Translations under genes and position numbers: made by a program
Assembly: GCA_043228905.1 (NCBI GenBank)
Contig: JBHGNT010000003.1
Span: forward strand, 22,444,001 to 22,508,000
Origin: Azolla caroliniana
Lineage: Eukaryota; Plantae; Polypodiophyta
Direction of reading: 5' to 3'
Length of the DNA stretch: 64,000 nucleotides
Notes under the pieces: generated by a model
What the model saw: only the letters and a program-made list of their open reading frames with translations
What the model was told of the DNA's origin: nothing
The model's database searches: none
Shown here: positions 1-13,128 of the stretch, one piece after another
Position numbering within the stretch: position 1 is the stretch's first letter
Layout of the letters: each line of letters begins with the position of its first letter

Positions 1-204
1 CCTAGCCCATCACATGGTCACGTCATTACGAATGCCTCTCGTAAGAATGATCTATGGTGGCATCGTATCCATGTAATGAGGGAGCGATGTTGGATACGTG
101 TGTCATAGGAGCGACCTCACATGAAGTGGGTCAAGCCCGACGTACTCAACATCATTATGGATATACACGTTTCTTTACGTAACAAAATATCAATGTCACC
201 AACG

Positions 205-230
205 GGGTTTAGGGTTTAGGGTTTAGGGTT
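205..230 (+). repeat. Interstitial telomeric repeat GGG(TTTAGGG)3TT
   Basis: Three perfect Arabidopsis-type TTTAGGG units at 208-228. Confidence 0.9.
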
Positions 231-1440
231 GAAAAAATTGTTGAAAAAAGGGATGGTGACAACGTCATTCTCACAAAAATGTGAGGACGGCCACCAAGAT
301 CCTTTCCTCGAAAAGGAAATCATTCGATATAAAGATCACGTAATATCAAATATACATGTATGTTTATTTATCACATATATACGATCAACTACGTATACAT
401 GTGACCACATATGCCTATATTAAACAAATCGTTATATTTAGTAGCCAAAAATGACGTAATTGAGATACGTAATCGAGGCATATACCTCTACGCACACAAG
501 ACATCCAAAACTAAGGGTTAATCGTAATATGCAATTGAAGTATTGACCTCTTACGCATGCAAGACCAAACGCATATCATTTACAACGAATCGAGGTATTG
601 ACCTCATACGCAAACGTAACATATGTTTGTGAACATAATACACAATTGAGGTATTAACCTCGTGCGCATTCGACACTCATCACATATGCAATATACGTCA
701 AATGAGGTATTGACCTCATACACATGTAAACGTTTTATATAACCAATGAATTACCACTACAACATTATTGAATTAATGAAAAAAATCTACATATTAACCA
801 TACACATGATGAGATAGGAGAAGAAAAAATAGACAAAAAAAACAAGAAAGATTATCGAAGTTCCTTTGTTGATCCTTGTGTGCATGAAGGCCGGCCGCAC
901 GTAGATCGATCGCCATCAATCAAGAACACAAAAGACAACAAAAGAAACATTAGAAAATGAGCTCTGATACCAACTTTTAGAGACATGAACTAATGTAAGC
1001 ATTAGATAAGGATGGAATATAGATGAATAGATAGATCTATATAGAGAGGAGAGAGAGAAAGAAGGGTGTCGATCCACCCAACCACCCCCAAGCGAAGGGA
1101 TCGAGACGGACTCGAGCCTTAATCGGCGTCCCATACCACCGCCTTGGCGTCGAGTCGTACCTGGTGCTAGCACGCTCGCTACAAGCATCGAACCACTCAC
1201 GAACAACGTCTCAACGTAGTCAATAGATGATGAAATGAGGGTAGCTAGGCCTCTTATTTATAGTGATACCCAAGGCCCCCATCCATGTTCACACTTGGCC
1301 TAATGGGTTGTCTCAATCCCGAAGATTAAAAGTAATCCTCCCCTTCTTTACACTCTTGTTTAACCCTCACACTTATCCACGTGTATAGAATACTACGGTA
1401 AATTCTAACCACGGGATATTATATGGTCATGCCCGTAACA
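231..1440 (-). mobile_element. Truncated LTR retrotransposon: 5' LTR (~975-1440), tRNA-iMet PBS and non-coding leader
   Basis: GCTCTGATACCA at 961-972 is the reverse complement of the iMet PBS TGGTATCAGAGC. The LTR starts TGTTACGGG at 1440 on the minus strand. No gag or pol is visible, and the left boundary is uncertain. Confidence 0.7.
471..725. repeat. Array of 5 hairpin repeats (core GAGGTATTGACCTC) separated by dissimilar spacers
   Basis: Cores start at 475, 537, 592, 648 and 704 (period 55-62 bp). GAGGT and ACCTC form inverted arms. Confidence 0.8.
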
Positions 1441-2049
1441 GTTTGGCTACTCCCAAGCAATTAGGTGGTTTGGCAATAGAGAATTTGGATACACATTTGA
1501 TTGTTCATTCAAAATGCGCAAAGTGGACCAAAGTTTTATTTCTAGAACCAAAATGGTCCAAATTTTAAGGTATTAGGGTTTGCAACATAATTGGAATATG
1601 TGCAATGCTTTCATGTTTGGTAGATCTATATAAAGTTGAAAGGCATACTTATGTGGCAAAGTTGGATATGTGCATGTATGGATTGTTTCATCATGTGGGT
1701 ATTCAACTTTTCCGATGGCACTAGAAAATGTTTATCTGTGTCAAAAACAATGCACACACATATGTGTTCACCCTTCTTGGTGGAGATTTGAGTATGACAC
1801 ATTCTCATGTCGTCTAACATGTTATCATATTTCTCACAGGTTACCTTTTGAGCATGCAATAAGTTAGTGATATTCATCATTCACTAGGTTTTCATTGCAT
1901 ACCTTGCATATCTTCATATTTGCATGACAATGCCATGATGCTACCTCAACACCTAACTTGTGTGAGCAAGTTCAAAGAAGTGTTAAGATTCTCCAACATT
2001 CAAGGCTCGTGTGGGTTGTGAGATGTAATTGGATACATTTTGGCATTTT

Positions 2050-2620
2050 TCCTTGTATTGGGACCAAATTTGGCGGTTAATACTTGTAGTGTAATTTTGA
2101 CATTTAGCACCTTACCACTTCATCTGTAGTGCCTCTAGCAATATGTTCTCGATTATCACCTACTTCATAGCATGATGTGAGCGCTCCAATAGGTATTTTA
2201 CTCCCCATACCTTCAACCATTTCATTATGCCTAACTAAATGAGAGGATTTTTCTCTTATCAATGTTTTGTTCCAAGCTTGTTTTGGCAATCTATGATGAG
2301 GCATATTCTTGATTTTTGTGATATAGTTGTATACTCTTTGCATAGATAGTACCCCTATAAACCGGACCAGTCACCAAACACACGTTTCTAATACCATGGT
2401 AGGATAGGATGTTGAGAACAATTATCTATGTATGAACAACTTTTGGATTTTCTCTATTTCGTTCCATGCACTAAGTGAAATAGTGACTACCGCCACCTTG
2501 CACTAACACTCCATAAAGCAACACTTGGACCACCATAGCATTGAATAGCATCAACCTCACTTCCCATCCTCAAATGTCAATTTGGTTGCATTGATTCTCA
2601 ATCGTATAATAACTTTGTGA
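2050..2620 (-). pseudogene. Decayed non-LTR (LINE) reverse-transcriptase C-terminal remnant
   Basis: Fragments VVQVLLYGV, IEKIQKLF and MPHHRLPKQAW resemble the end of RTE/CR1-type ORF2. Many disruptions. Confidence 0.45.
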
Positions 2621-2750
2621 ATCAAAATTGAATATTATAAAATTAGCTTTACAACTAATATATTAGGAACCTAGTGAGTCAATATGGAGTGCATTATGGA
2701 CATTGCTGGGCTACAACTAGCCATAAGGATGTTAACCTATGGATGTGCAA

Positions 2751-3131
2751 CCATGCTAGTTAAGGTCAAATAGTTAAAGCCAACTTTGAGAAATGTGAAC
2801 CTATTATCAAGGAAAGTCCAAGCTATAAAACTTTGGCCATGGCTATCGCATTGGTACATTAGGATATCAATGTGTAACCATGTTAACTAAGGCAAAGTGA
2901 GACAACTAACTAGGTCAATTATTTAATGCCAAGTTTGAAACCATGCTAGTTAAGGTCAAATATTTAAAGCCAAACTTTGAGAAATGTGAAGCTATTATCA
3001 AGGAAAGTCCAAGCTATAAAACTTTGGCCACAGCTATCGCATTGATACATTAGGATATCAATGTGTAACCATGTTAACTAAGGCGAAGTGAGACAACTAA
3101 CTAGGTCAATTATTTAATGCCAAGTTTGAAA
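2751..3131. repeat. Tandem duplication, ~190 bp x2
   Basis: CCATGCTAGTTAAGGTCAAAT...AAGTTTGAAA starts at 2751 and again at 2941; copies are nearly identical. Confidence 0.9.
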
Positions 3132-4009
3132 ATGTCGATGCAAATTATCATTAAAAGTCTAGGTTATTTTTAGCTATTTAAAAAACCAACATATTCACAA
3201 TTTGCAAGCACTATCTTTATATGTACATCAAATAGACTTGAACGTACAATTTGCAAGCATTATCTTTATACATGAGATAGACTCGAACGTACAACCTAAT
3301 CTAAATTGATAACAACCTTACCCAATTAGAACTCTCAATTTAAGATAAATAAACATCATGTCATATTACTTTGTAATCAAATGATTCACACCATTATCTT
3401 ACACAATCTTCATATTTCATAATTTTAGTGTGAAATCAAGCACATTCAATACACATCAGATTTGATGCCAAAAATAAAAATAAGTATACAAGTTGCCACA
3501 CTTTCCACAACCCCGAGGTTCAAAAAGAGTGTCACTTTACCTTCTCAACTATTGCTTTACCTTTTCTTTCAACAACCCTAACGGAGAAATAATCAAATGT
3601 TCAATATAATTGTAATGATAGGGTTTGAAAGGGACATCCTAACCCAATGCCCAATTCTAATTAATGAGTATGATGGGTTTCAACATTGCGCCACAAAAGA
3701 TAGCAGAAACAACAAATCATGCACCATTTTTGGATACGACAGCATAGGAATTTGCAAAAAATCTACGGGTAGCGTTATCATGCCAAGAGACACTACCAAA
3801 GTATCATTAGAACAAAACAGAAAGTGTTGCCCATGTTATTGAAATGTATGTGTATATACATCACAAATCAATATGTCATCGCAAAAAATAATTCATTCTT
3901 GGCCTAGTCCTCAAGGTGGACCCCATGGAAAACTAATACTTTTACATAGTTCAAATGATGATAATGTGTTCTATTTATCGACGGCAACTAGCAAATGAAA
4001 ATCATGTAA

Positions 4010-7000
4010 TCATGTATTCTTATCGCCATCATCAATCACTTTAGGAGCCTTGTTTCCGGATAGCATGTCTTTAATGATAGGGGATAGCTTCTCTTTTAGC
4101 TTAATGAGACCAAAGAAAAGAACTCGGTATAATATCGCCATTCCGACAAGAATTAAGAGATCCACCCACTTTGAGAGACTGTTTACTTGGAACGTGTCCT
4201 TCAAGATTGACTCCCCAGTTATTCTAGGAGCCCCAGCTACACTATTCTCGAATGTGAGACCCGCGAAATCATTCTTATAGAAACCCTGAGAAAGTGATGA
4301 AAACACCAGCCCAAATATGCACTTAGTTTGATGCACAAAAAAAAAATTTGACTTATTTTAATCCCAACAACTCTAAACAAGATGTTTTAACTCAACAAAT
4401 TTATATAAACACGTTTGTCCATTATAAGCTTTATTGTGCAGTACCTCATTAGCATATGAGTGGAAAGCCATGTATGACATTGGATATCTCCAAAAGGGCT
4501 TCGGAATATCGTTTGGCAAACGGAAAAATCCACCAGTTAACATAAAGACACCCTATATAAAAGTAAAGAATTGATGTGAGAATGACTTCAATGATTGCGT
4601 AAAAAGTCTGGAGTTTTTGGTCATAAACACAACTTTCTTTAGGAATGATTTTTTTTTAACACCTTGAATTGAATGGCATTGATCTATGTCACATGTACCT
4701 GAATTCCTGCACCTGTGATGATGCCCAAAAGGAAGTCGGGAACAATGCTTGCGACCATCATCATAAGGCTTTCGACAACAAGCATGCAACTATAGAGTGT
4801 GAGGACAAAGTATGCAAAATGGTCAAATCCAGGATGAAGATCCACCAAGAAGTATGCAATGGCCCCAGGTAATGCCGATATGAGAAACAAGAAGGGAGCT
4901 GAGGAAAGAGTATTCGCAACCACAAAGGAAGCCACCCCATAATGCCCATTCAATCTCTCCCTCTGAAAAACCTACATAATGTACAAAAAACATTGGTAAT
5001 ATCAATGTTTAAACCCTGTTGATACAATATATGTATGCGTGTGTGTGTGTGTGTGTGTGTGTAAGTATGTACAAATATATATATATGCATACAAACATAT
5101 ATGTACATATGTACATATATATAATGCACATAGGTACATACGAGTGTATTACATATGAACATACATATGTACATACATTCATATGTATGCCAAACCATGC
5201 TCCGTATTATACCTTCATATCTTCGACAAATGCTGGGAAGCCTCCAATTGCCATGAAAGTTAGAAAGGCCGCTACAAACATAAGCATTGCACCTCGAGCC
5301 TAAAAATAGCAACGATATGATATTCATGCATGTTTGTGTTGTATTAATATCTTCTAGGCTAGTTCAATCATATTAACCAAACATCAGTCAATAACCACAC
5401 CTGTATGGCAGTGAAGCTCGTGCCCACTTTATAATATATAGTGCCCACACAAATACATAGTGCCACATATATCGCTAACCGGAGCCAATAGTATCCGAGG
5501 TCTCGATACATGTTTTTGAATGACCTTATGGTGAGAACCTTAACTTGGGTGAAGAAGTTTGCTCGGTCAGGTGCACGTTGTAATACAGGCCCATCCTATG
5601 AACATCATCCATTCACACAAACAACAACATCAATTCACAAAGTCTGTATCGTAAGAGTTAATACATAGTCAACAGTGATGAATCTTCTCAAAAAATTAAA
5701 TATGCTTCATTTTGTCGAGCTTTATACCCGTTTTGAGAGTACGGCGACATGATTCATGACACCCGCAGCCATATTCGAGTCCATGTAGGATTGAGCTAGC
5801 ATGTTAATAACTTCTTCGGTTTTTAGCTTAGCTTGTATTCCTGCTTCAATGTCCCTTGACTACAATGGGACACCCAAATGTAAGTGAAACCACAAAAGAA
5901 AGGGATTTTACAGTACATGGATCTTAAGACTACAAAAATTCAAAAAAGAGGACTTATAAATTTATTTATCTATTTATATTTATATTTATGTTTATGTTTA
6001 TATTCACACATAGTTTGCCCATCATGTATTCACACACATATATACACAGAACACACAAATATTACATGTAAAGTTATGGGGTGGTTTTAACTGATGGCTT
6101 TACCCTCGCATTAATATTTTAGGATGATGAGAATTGAATTAACATGTTCTTTTTATCCCAGTAAGTACCAAACAGCACTGAGAGTCTTACTTGTTCAAAG
6201 TCCTTGTTGATTGTCCGAAGATAGTGATCCGATGGATTCCTCAAGGCCGGGCAAGGGAAACCATTGATAGAAAAGAACTAGTGGACACAAAAGAAAGAAA
6301 ACAGAGAAACAAACAAATCAATTCCACATAAGTTTACATAGGAAAACAAATTCAATTCCTTAAGTTTACATAGGAAAAGAGCTCTCTTAATGACACATAG
6401 AGATAGAAAATAAACAATTTTAACGACATACATAGGTAGAATCCAAGCAATTTTAATGGCATACATAGGTAGAACCCAATCATTTTTATAATGGCATACA
6501 TAGGTAGAATTTGAACTCCTTTCACTACATGACACAGATTTAAAATCCAAGCTCTTAACAGTGGCATATGTAGAGTCAGATTAATCTTAGATACTATTAA
6601 TGTTTTACCTCTTGAGCTTGGGAGGCAGGACCAAAATAGATGGTTTTGCCATTGGAGAGGAGGTAGAGGTAATCAAAGAGCTCAAACACATCACTGCTAG
6701 GTTGATGGATTGAAGCTATAACTGTCCTGCCATCAAGGGCTAAATGTTTCAACCGGTTCACCACATGGAATGCTGCTGCACTGCGAAACCAAAAAACAAA
6801 AAATAAAAAGGACAGGGATCAAACAAAAGAGGTTAATGGTGTAACAGTGTCAAAACAGATTTTTGTACAGAAACTTTTTTGGGGGAGGTTTTCATGGCAA
6901 TGCCATCAAGATGACGTTTCTCTTGGACCTATCTGAATGTACACGTCCATGGCAACAAAAAGAAAGAGAATCAAGCATACAGTAGGAGGTAGTAATATAC

Positions 7001-10000
7001 GGCAGAGAGAAAAAAAGAATCATGGAAATCACTCGGACTTTTTAGGACAGGTTAAAATAAATAAATAAATAAGGAGGAATGTGTAGGGACAGGAGAGACT
7101 AATCTGCGTTTGTTATGCGAAGGTAATCGATGCAGAGAAAAAAATAAATTTAATGAAAATCGTGGCAGAGGAATCAAAGGCGACAGGAGAGATTAATCTG
7201 CGTTTGTTATGCGATGGTAATCGATGCAGAGAAAAAAAAAAGTAATGAAAATCGTGGCAGAGGAATCTCAGGCGACAGGAGAGATTAATATGCGTTTGTT
7301 ATGCGAAGGTAATCGATGCAGAGAAAAAAACATATTAATGAAATCGTGGCAGAGGAATCTCAGGCGACAGGAGAGATTAATATGCGTTTGTTATGCGAAG
7401 GTAATCGATGCAGAGAAAAAAACATATTAATGAAATCGTGGCAGAGGAATCTCAGGCGACAGGAGAGATTAATCTGCGTTTGTTATGCGAAGGTAATCGA
7501 TGCAGAGAAGAAGAAGAAGAAGAAAAAAATCATGAAAATCGTAGCAGAGGAATCTCAGGCTTTGTTTTAGGACAGGTAAAAAAAAAACAGAAATGGAGGA
7601 ATGTGTAGGGAGGGACAGGAGAGATGAATCTGCAGGAGAGATTAATCTGCAGGATATGAATGGAAGGTAATGTAAATCAAAAAAATAAAAAAACAGAAAT
7701 GGAGGAATGTGTAGGGAGGGACAGGAGAGATTAATCTGCGGTTTGTCAATGGAGATTAATCTGCGTTTGTTAATGGAAGGTAATGTAAATCAATCGGTGC
7801 TTTCGCGGTTTCTGTTGTTGAGAGGAGGATTTTTTTCTGTTACCTGTCAAGACCGCTGGTGGGCTCGTCGAGGAAGAGAAGGCGAGGGTGAGTGAGGATC
7901 TCGAGAGCGATACTAACTCTTCGCTTCTCGCCGCCACTGAGACCTCGAGCTCTCCATCCTCCGATCTGCGTATTCACAGAATCCTGCAGACCCATGTCTC
8001 GGATCGTCGTCTCCGCCCTCTCTCTCTTCTCCCTGCTCGACATTGTGCTGGGGAGCTGTAGCTGTGCAGAGTAATGGACGGCCTCTCGCACTGTCAGCGT
8101 CGCCATTAGCACATCATCTTGGGTCACGTACGCCTGCGTTGTTGGATGATGACATTTATATATATATATATATAAATTTAAACACTTTGATACAGATTTG
8201 ATTTCATGGTTTATGCAATCAGGTTTTACATATATTCGACATAGATTTTTAGGGTTTATATTCCAGTATACTAGGATTGTTTGATTTCATGGTTTATGCA
8301 ATCAGGTTTTACATATATTCGACATAGATTTTTAGGGTTTATATTCCAGTATACTAGGATTGTTTGATTTCATGGTTTATGCAATCAGGTTTTACATATA
8401 TTCGACATAGATTTTTAGGGTTTATATGGATTTTTAGGGTTTATATTCCAGTATACTAGGATTTTTAGGGTTTATATGGATTTTTAGGGTTTATATTCCA
8501 GTATACTAGGATTGTTTTAGGGTTTTACAAATATCCATTATAAGGCCTTGTTTGGGTTCTCACAAGACTTGCGATGTTTGGATTTGTAGAGAGTAGCTTA
8601 CTGAATTCCCATATGTTAGGGTTTGCTTGATGCCATTCACAAGAATTTCTCCTGTTTGCCTTACTTTCGAAGACAGCCTCCCTGAAGAAGAAGATGATGA
8701 AGATGAAGAAGACGTATAGGAAGAAAAGAAAGAAAAAAGATTTTAATTAAAACTAAAAGAACAAACATAACAAAATGATTCAGACTAAATTGAGCCCCAG
8801 AGGAGGAGAGATTCATTAAAACTTTGAATAAACGGTGATTACTAACTAATTTTGACGGTGGAAAAGCTTAAAACACTCACTGCGATCATAAAAACCAGAA
8901 AACCCTCCAAGAAAAAGAAGAAAAAATGGGTGCCCATGTTCACTGTAGAAAACTAATTCACGTGATTAAAATGCAAAATGTTCATGATTTACGAAACAGC
9001 GATATGTATATATATACATGTCTGTACGTATGCATATCAGTAAAGAAGCTTTCAGCGATTTGTGGGTAATCACAATGTTAACAGTAGAAAATTAGCCGTG
9101 AAGGATCATAATACAAAAGCTCAAGAAATTCACTTTGTTTTAAAAAAACTGGAAAAACTGAAAAGAAGAAGACGAAGAAGAAAGAATGGATGCCCCATAT
9201 TCATCATTGGAACTAATTCGCGCGATTGAATGCCAAAGGTTCGTGATTGATTCATGAAGAAACATGGATATATATACATATGCACCGGAGAGTGTGAAGA
9301 AATCCATTAAAGCTTGGAGAAAAAACTAATTTTCAAACAGACAGTGGTTATTCACTAATTTTCAAACAGAAAAAACTAGAAGTGAAGGATCAGAAATCAA
9401 AAGCTTCAAAACTTTCGCCGTGTTCACAAAAAAAGACCTAATTGTTCACAAAAAAGAAAAAGAAAAACCTAATTCACCAGGACTGATTCACCCAAACAAG
9501 CAGAAGAGAGAATAGAATGGGCGGGTGCTCATGTTTTCACGATTGAGACTTAACTCAGAAGACGGAATGCAAAAGGTTAGTGATTCACGAAGAAAATGCA
9601 GGCGGGTGTGAATGTATATATACCGGAGAGGGTGTCAAGAAGGGTGGATTTGCCAGAGCCGGAAGGACCCATGATGGCCATGATATGGCCAGGCTCTGCA
9701 TATCCGTTCAAGCCATGGAGAAGGTGTCTCTTGACCACACGCCCGCCATTGGCACCGGGAGAAGCTCCGGTAGAACCTGAAGCAGACTGGACGGTGACCC
9801 ACAGATCCTTCCAGGACAGAGTCACCATGGCCGCAGCAGAAGCTTGGGATTGAGACTGAAATTGGGACTCTGTGTTTTGGTGGCCATCTATGTTTAGCTT
9901 TCCGCCGCCCATTTGATCCGCCATGGCTAGAGCTGTTAGTTCAATGGGCTGCGAATTATAGGTCAAATTGCTGCGGCCGTTTGTGGTGCCACTGCTGTTA

Positions 10001-10065
10001 TTGTCTGCGTGTTGATGGAGGAGGAGAGGCGCAGGTGAGTTTGTGGGTGATTGAGAAAATTGCAT
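4010..10065 (-). CDS. ABCG11: Half-size ABC transporter, subfamily G (WBC type), ABCG11/WBC11-like; probable cuticular lipid exporter. 11 exons, ~713 aa
   Basis: Exons on minus strand: 10065-9624, 8681-8602, 8133-7844, 6780-6609, 6277-6191, 5859-5728, 5595-5401, 5299-5213, 4971-4699, 4552-4445, 4285-4010. All introns are GT-AG, and the exons total 2142 nt in one open frame. Motifs: Walker [11 protein letters not shown]-loop YVTQDD, signature LSGGEKRR, Walker [13 protein letters not shown]-loop SIHQP, NPSDH, then an ABC2 membrane domain ([34 protein letters not shown]). The start codon could be a downstream ATG (e.g. 9924). Exact orthology is not established. Confidence 0.93.
7088..7795. repeat. 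Intronic minisatellite, ~92-bp unit x5 plus partial copies (ABCG intron 3)
   Basis: GACAGGAGAGA(T/C)TAAT units start at 7088, 7182, 7274, 7366 and 7458. This explains the repeated short ORFs at 7224, 7316 and 7408. Confidence 0.9.
8197..8527. repeat. Intronic 83-bp tandem repeat carrying telo-box-like TTTAGGGTTT motifs (ABCG intron 2)
   Basis: Units start at 8197, 8280 and 8363, followed by shorter sub-repeats; about 7 TTTAGGGTTT motifs in total. Confidence 0.85.
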
Positions 10066-10687
10066 GTTTTTTTGCCAGTTTTGGTTGATCAAAAAATTCG
10101 AAGGAATCGAAGAAACAGTGGAGGGATGAATGGAATTAATCAGAAAGATTAATAATAATGGATGGACTAAGATGAAATCAATGGATGGATTAAGGAGATT
10201 AATAATAATGGATGGATTAAGGAGATTAATGATAATGGATGGATTAAGAAGATTAATAATAATGGATGGATGAGCGATGTATGGATTAAGAAGAAAATTA
10301 ATGGCTACGAATAGATCAAGAGGGAATTTAATGAATGAATTGGATGAATGAGTCAAGAAGAAATTTATGACTAAATGAATGGGTGAATTAAGCAGGGAAG
10401 AAGAAAAAGTGCTAGAAATGAATTATCTGTGTCTGTGGACTCTAGACCATAGACAGAGAGTGAATGTGTTTAGGGTTAGGTTTTTATAAGTTTAGGGTTA
10501 TGCATGTCATGATTTGGCTGTAATGATCTTTTTGTTATTACTTTTGCTTCCGTTTTGTAGCTTCATTCTCATTTTCTTTTCTTTTTTGTATTTTTTTAAA
10601 TTTTTTTTTTTGATCCCCTTTTTGTCTGTGTTATGATTCTCTTTTTTCTTTCGTTTGTTTCCTAACTTCACATAAATTAGGTAATTC

Positions 10688-11180
10688 TAGAGCAATAATT
10701 ATTTGCTTAATCTCAATCTCAATCCTTATCTTTGTTTCAATCTTAATCTCAAATATCAATTTTCATCTTTATCTCAATCTTAATCTTAATTTTGAATCTC
10801 AATCTTCATCTTCATCTTCATTTTAATCTCAATCTTATCGTAATTGTAATCTCCTTCTCAATCTTAATCTTGATTTTCATTCTTAATCTCAATCTTTACT
10901 TGTGATTAGTTTCAAGGCACAACTCATTATTTGCTCAATCTTAATCTTAATCGTAGTGTGTGATTAGAGCTTGGACTTGTAAATTGCCCCAACCATCGCC
11001 CCTTGTCATTTGGAATCTTCATCTCAATCTTAATCTTCATCTTCATGTCGATCATAATCATAATCATAATCATGATCTTCTTCTCAATCATAATCTTGAT
11101 CTTGATCGCAATTCCCAATCTTAATCTTTACTTGTGATTAGTTTCAAGGCACAAGTCATTATTTACTTAATCTTAAACTT
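10688..11180. repeat. Degenerate (AATCTY)n hexamer low-complexity tract with an internal duplication
   Basis: Runs of aatctc/aatctt/catctt; the block TTTACTTGTGATTAGTTTCAAGGCACAA occurs twice (~10895 and ~11127). Confidence 0.75.
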
Positions 11181-13128
11181 AGTAAGTGATTAAGAGCTTG
11201 GACTAGTAAATTGCCAGGGTCCTCGCCCATGGTCACATCTAGACATACATCGGTGTGCATCTTGTATAATATATATGTACATATGTCCATACATCGTCAT
11301 GTAAGTGTAGGTTAGGTTGATAGATAGATATACATGCATATACGTCGAGGTGTCACATATGTGCACATACAATCATGTATGGAGTGGCGGATGCATCGGC
11401 GAGGCTAGTTAATAATAATAATATCATGTTTCATCAAGTTAACATGTTGACACTTTAACAGAAGAAAAAAAAGTCGTCAAGTGAACAATGAGCAAGACGT
11501 GGATTGGACCACACAAATATGTATGCTAGGTGTCTCGAAGTAACAACTTGGAAAACCCAATCCCCGTTCTAAGATATTCTTTCTCGGTCGAATGACACTC
11601 TCTATCTTGGATCAAATGTTGCTTCGAAAACAAAAGAGCCATATTTCATTTATTTTTTTGTCGTGAATTCCCTAGGACCAAAGCACGATGACAAACTCTA
11701 TTGGATTTGGCTTGGATATCTAACTTTATTGTATAGTATTAAATAACAAACCAATTAATCTTTGGACTTATCCTTACATTTATGGCATCACTGTCTCGGA
11801 CATGTTTTGCTGAAAAAACATGCTACGTTGTGTTGTGTGGTGTCTCTAGGTTGGCATTTTGCATCTAGCCCACTTCATCGCATGTAGTCCAACTTATCCA
11901 ATTTTCGGATGAGAGTTTTACGTGTTTCTTGCTATCGATGCTTGCCTTTTCGATCACCCAATATTTGTCAAGTGGAGCTCTTGAAAAATGCACCCATGTG
12001 ATCATTCATTTTAGGTCTTTCTTTTTGGACCCATGGGTTGGGAAGGGGGGAGGGTAATAAGTAATTTTTTGACCTAATTACACCCCTTGTGTCAATTCAC
12101 AAAATGAATTAATCTTAGTCTCACTTTCTTCAAAGCGAAACAACATTTATGAGTGCGGAAACTAGATCACTGTGTCATATTACTTTTATTGAAAGCACTT
12201 ATCAATAACCACGTAATAATGTTATAGCATCACAATATCAGGTTGGGTGTTGTAAATTTGGCTCGATTCATCGAGCAACACGCAACTAACCCAAATATTT
12301 GTTCTTGCCAATTGATGCTTGTCTTTTCGATCATCTATTTACATATTAATTCTAGACCCCATTGTGAGGGGGTGAATGAACCATAATTCCGCTCGATTAT
12401 ACCCCCAATATGAATACACAAATTGCATGGGAGCATAAGCTTTATCACTACATCGTGTAAGCTTTGTTGAAAAGATATATTAGTAACCACTTATCAACAT
12501 TATGTTGTGGCCAGATTGAGTTGAGCATTGTACGTCTATCCTCATTTATTGATCAACATGCAATCAACCCAAGTTAAACGAGAATTTGAATGGTCTTGCA
12601 ATAAATGATTCCCTTCTTTATCGTACAACCTGCAAGATTGGTTAAGCATAATTGTTTAAGAACCCTCCATTGGATCATCCATTTTGAAATATCTTTTGAA
12701 CTTAATTTATGTGAAAATAAGTTTTTGCTTGATTTTACTCTATCGTAAGAATTTAAGAAATGTATTGTTCTTAAATTCTCGCTACAAGTTGAAGCAATGA
12801 ACATGTTGCTTTCACTCACTAATTATCCCTCTCTCATTATAAAGGAAGCACATGTTTGGATCAGTGATGTATTGCTCTCAATCATTCTCTCTCATTCTAA
12901 CGGAAGCATATGTTTGGATAAGTGTCATGTTTAAACATGGATTGCAACATGGCATGCCTTGTTATTGAAATGCAAGCTTGAACATACGCTGACATAAAAG
13001 GAGAGGCATAGCTCCAAAATGAATTTTATGTTTGTGAAGACCCAAAATAAGGTAAATAATAAACTGTTGGGATTTCGGTCCCTCCGGATGGGATGTCCGG
13101 AGATGAATGACGGCAAGCCCGGAGGCTG

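Noticed and set aside
1441-1620. LPKQLGGLAI fragment suggesting an L1 remnant flanking the first LTR
   Set aside because: A single short motif is insufficient to annotate.
3230-3340. tRNA/SINE-like GACTCGAAC motif (similar hints at ~21540 and ~46575)
   Set aside because: Too degenerate to fold as a tRNA or to define SINE boundaries.
10066-10356. N-terminal extension of ORF 9577-10356 (IIINLLNPS repeats)
   Set aside because: It has a non-ATG start and is the translation of a 27-bp repeat in the probable 5' UTR; the plausible ATG is at 10065.
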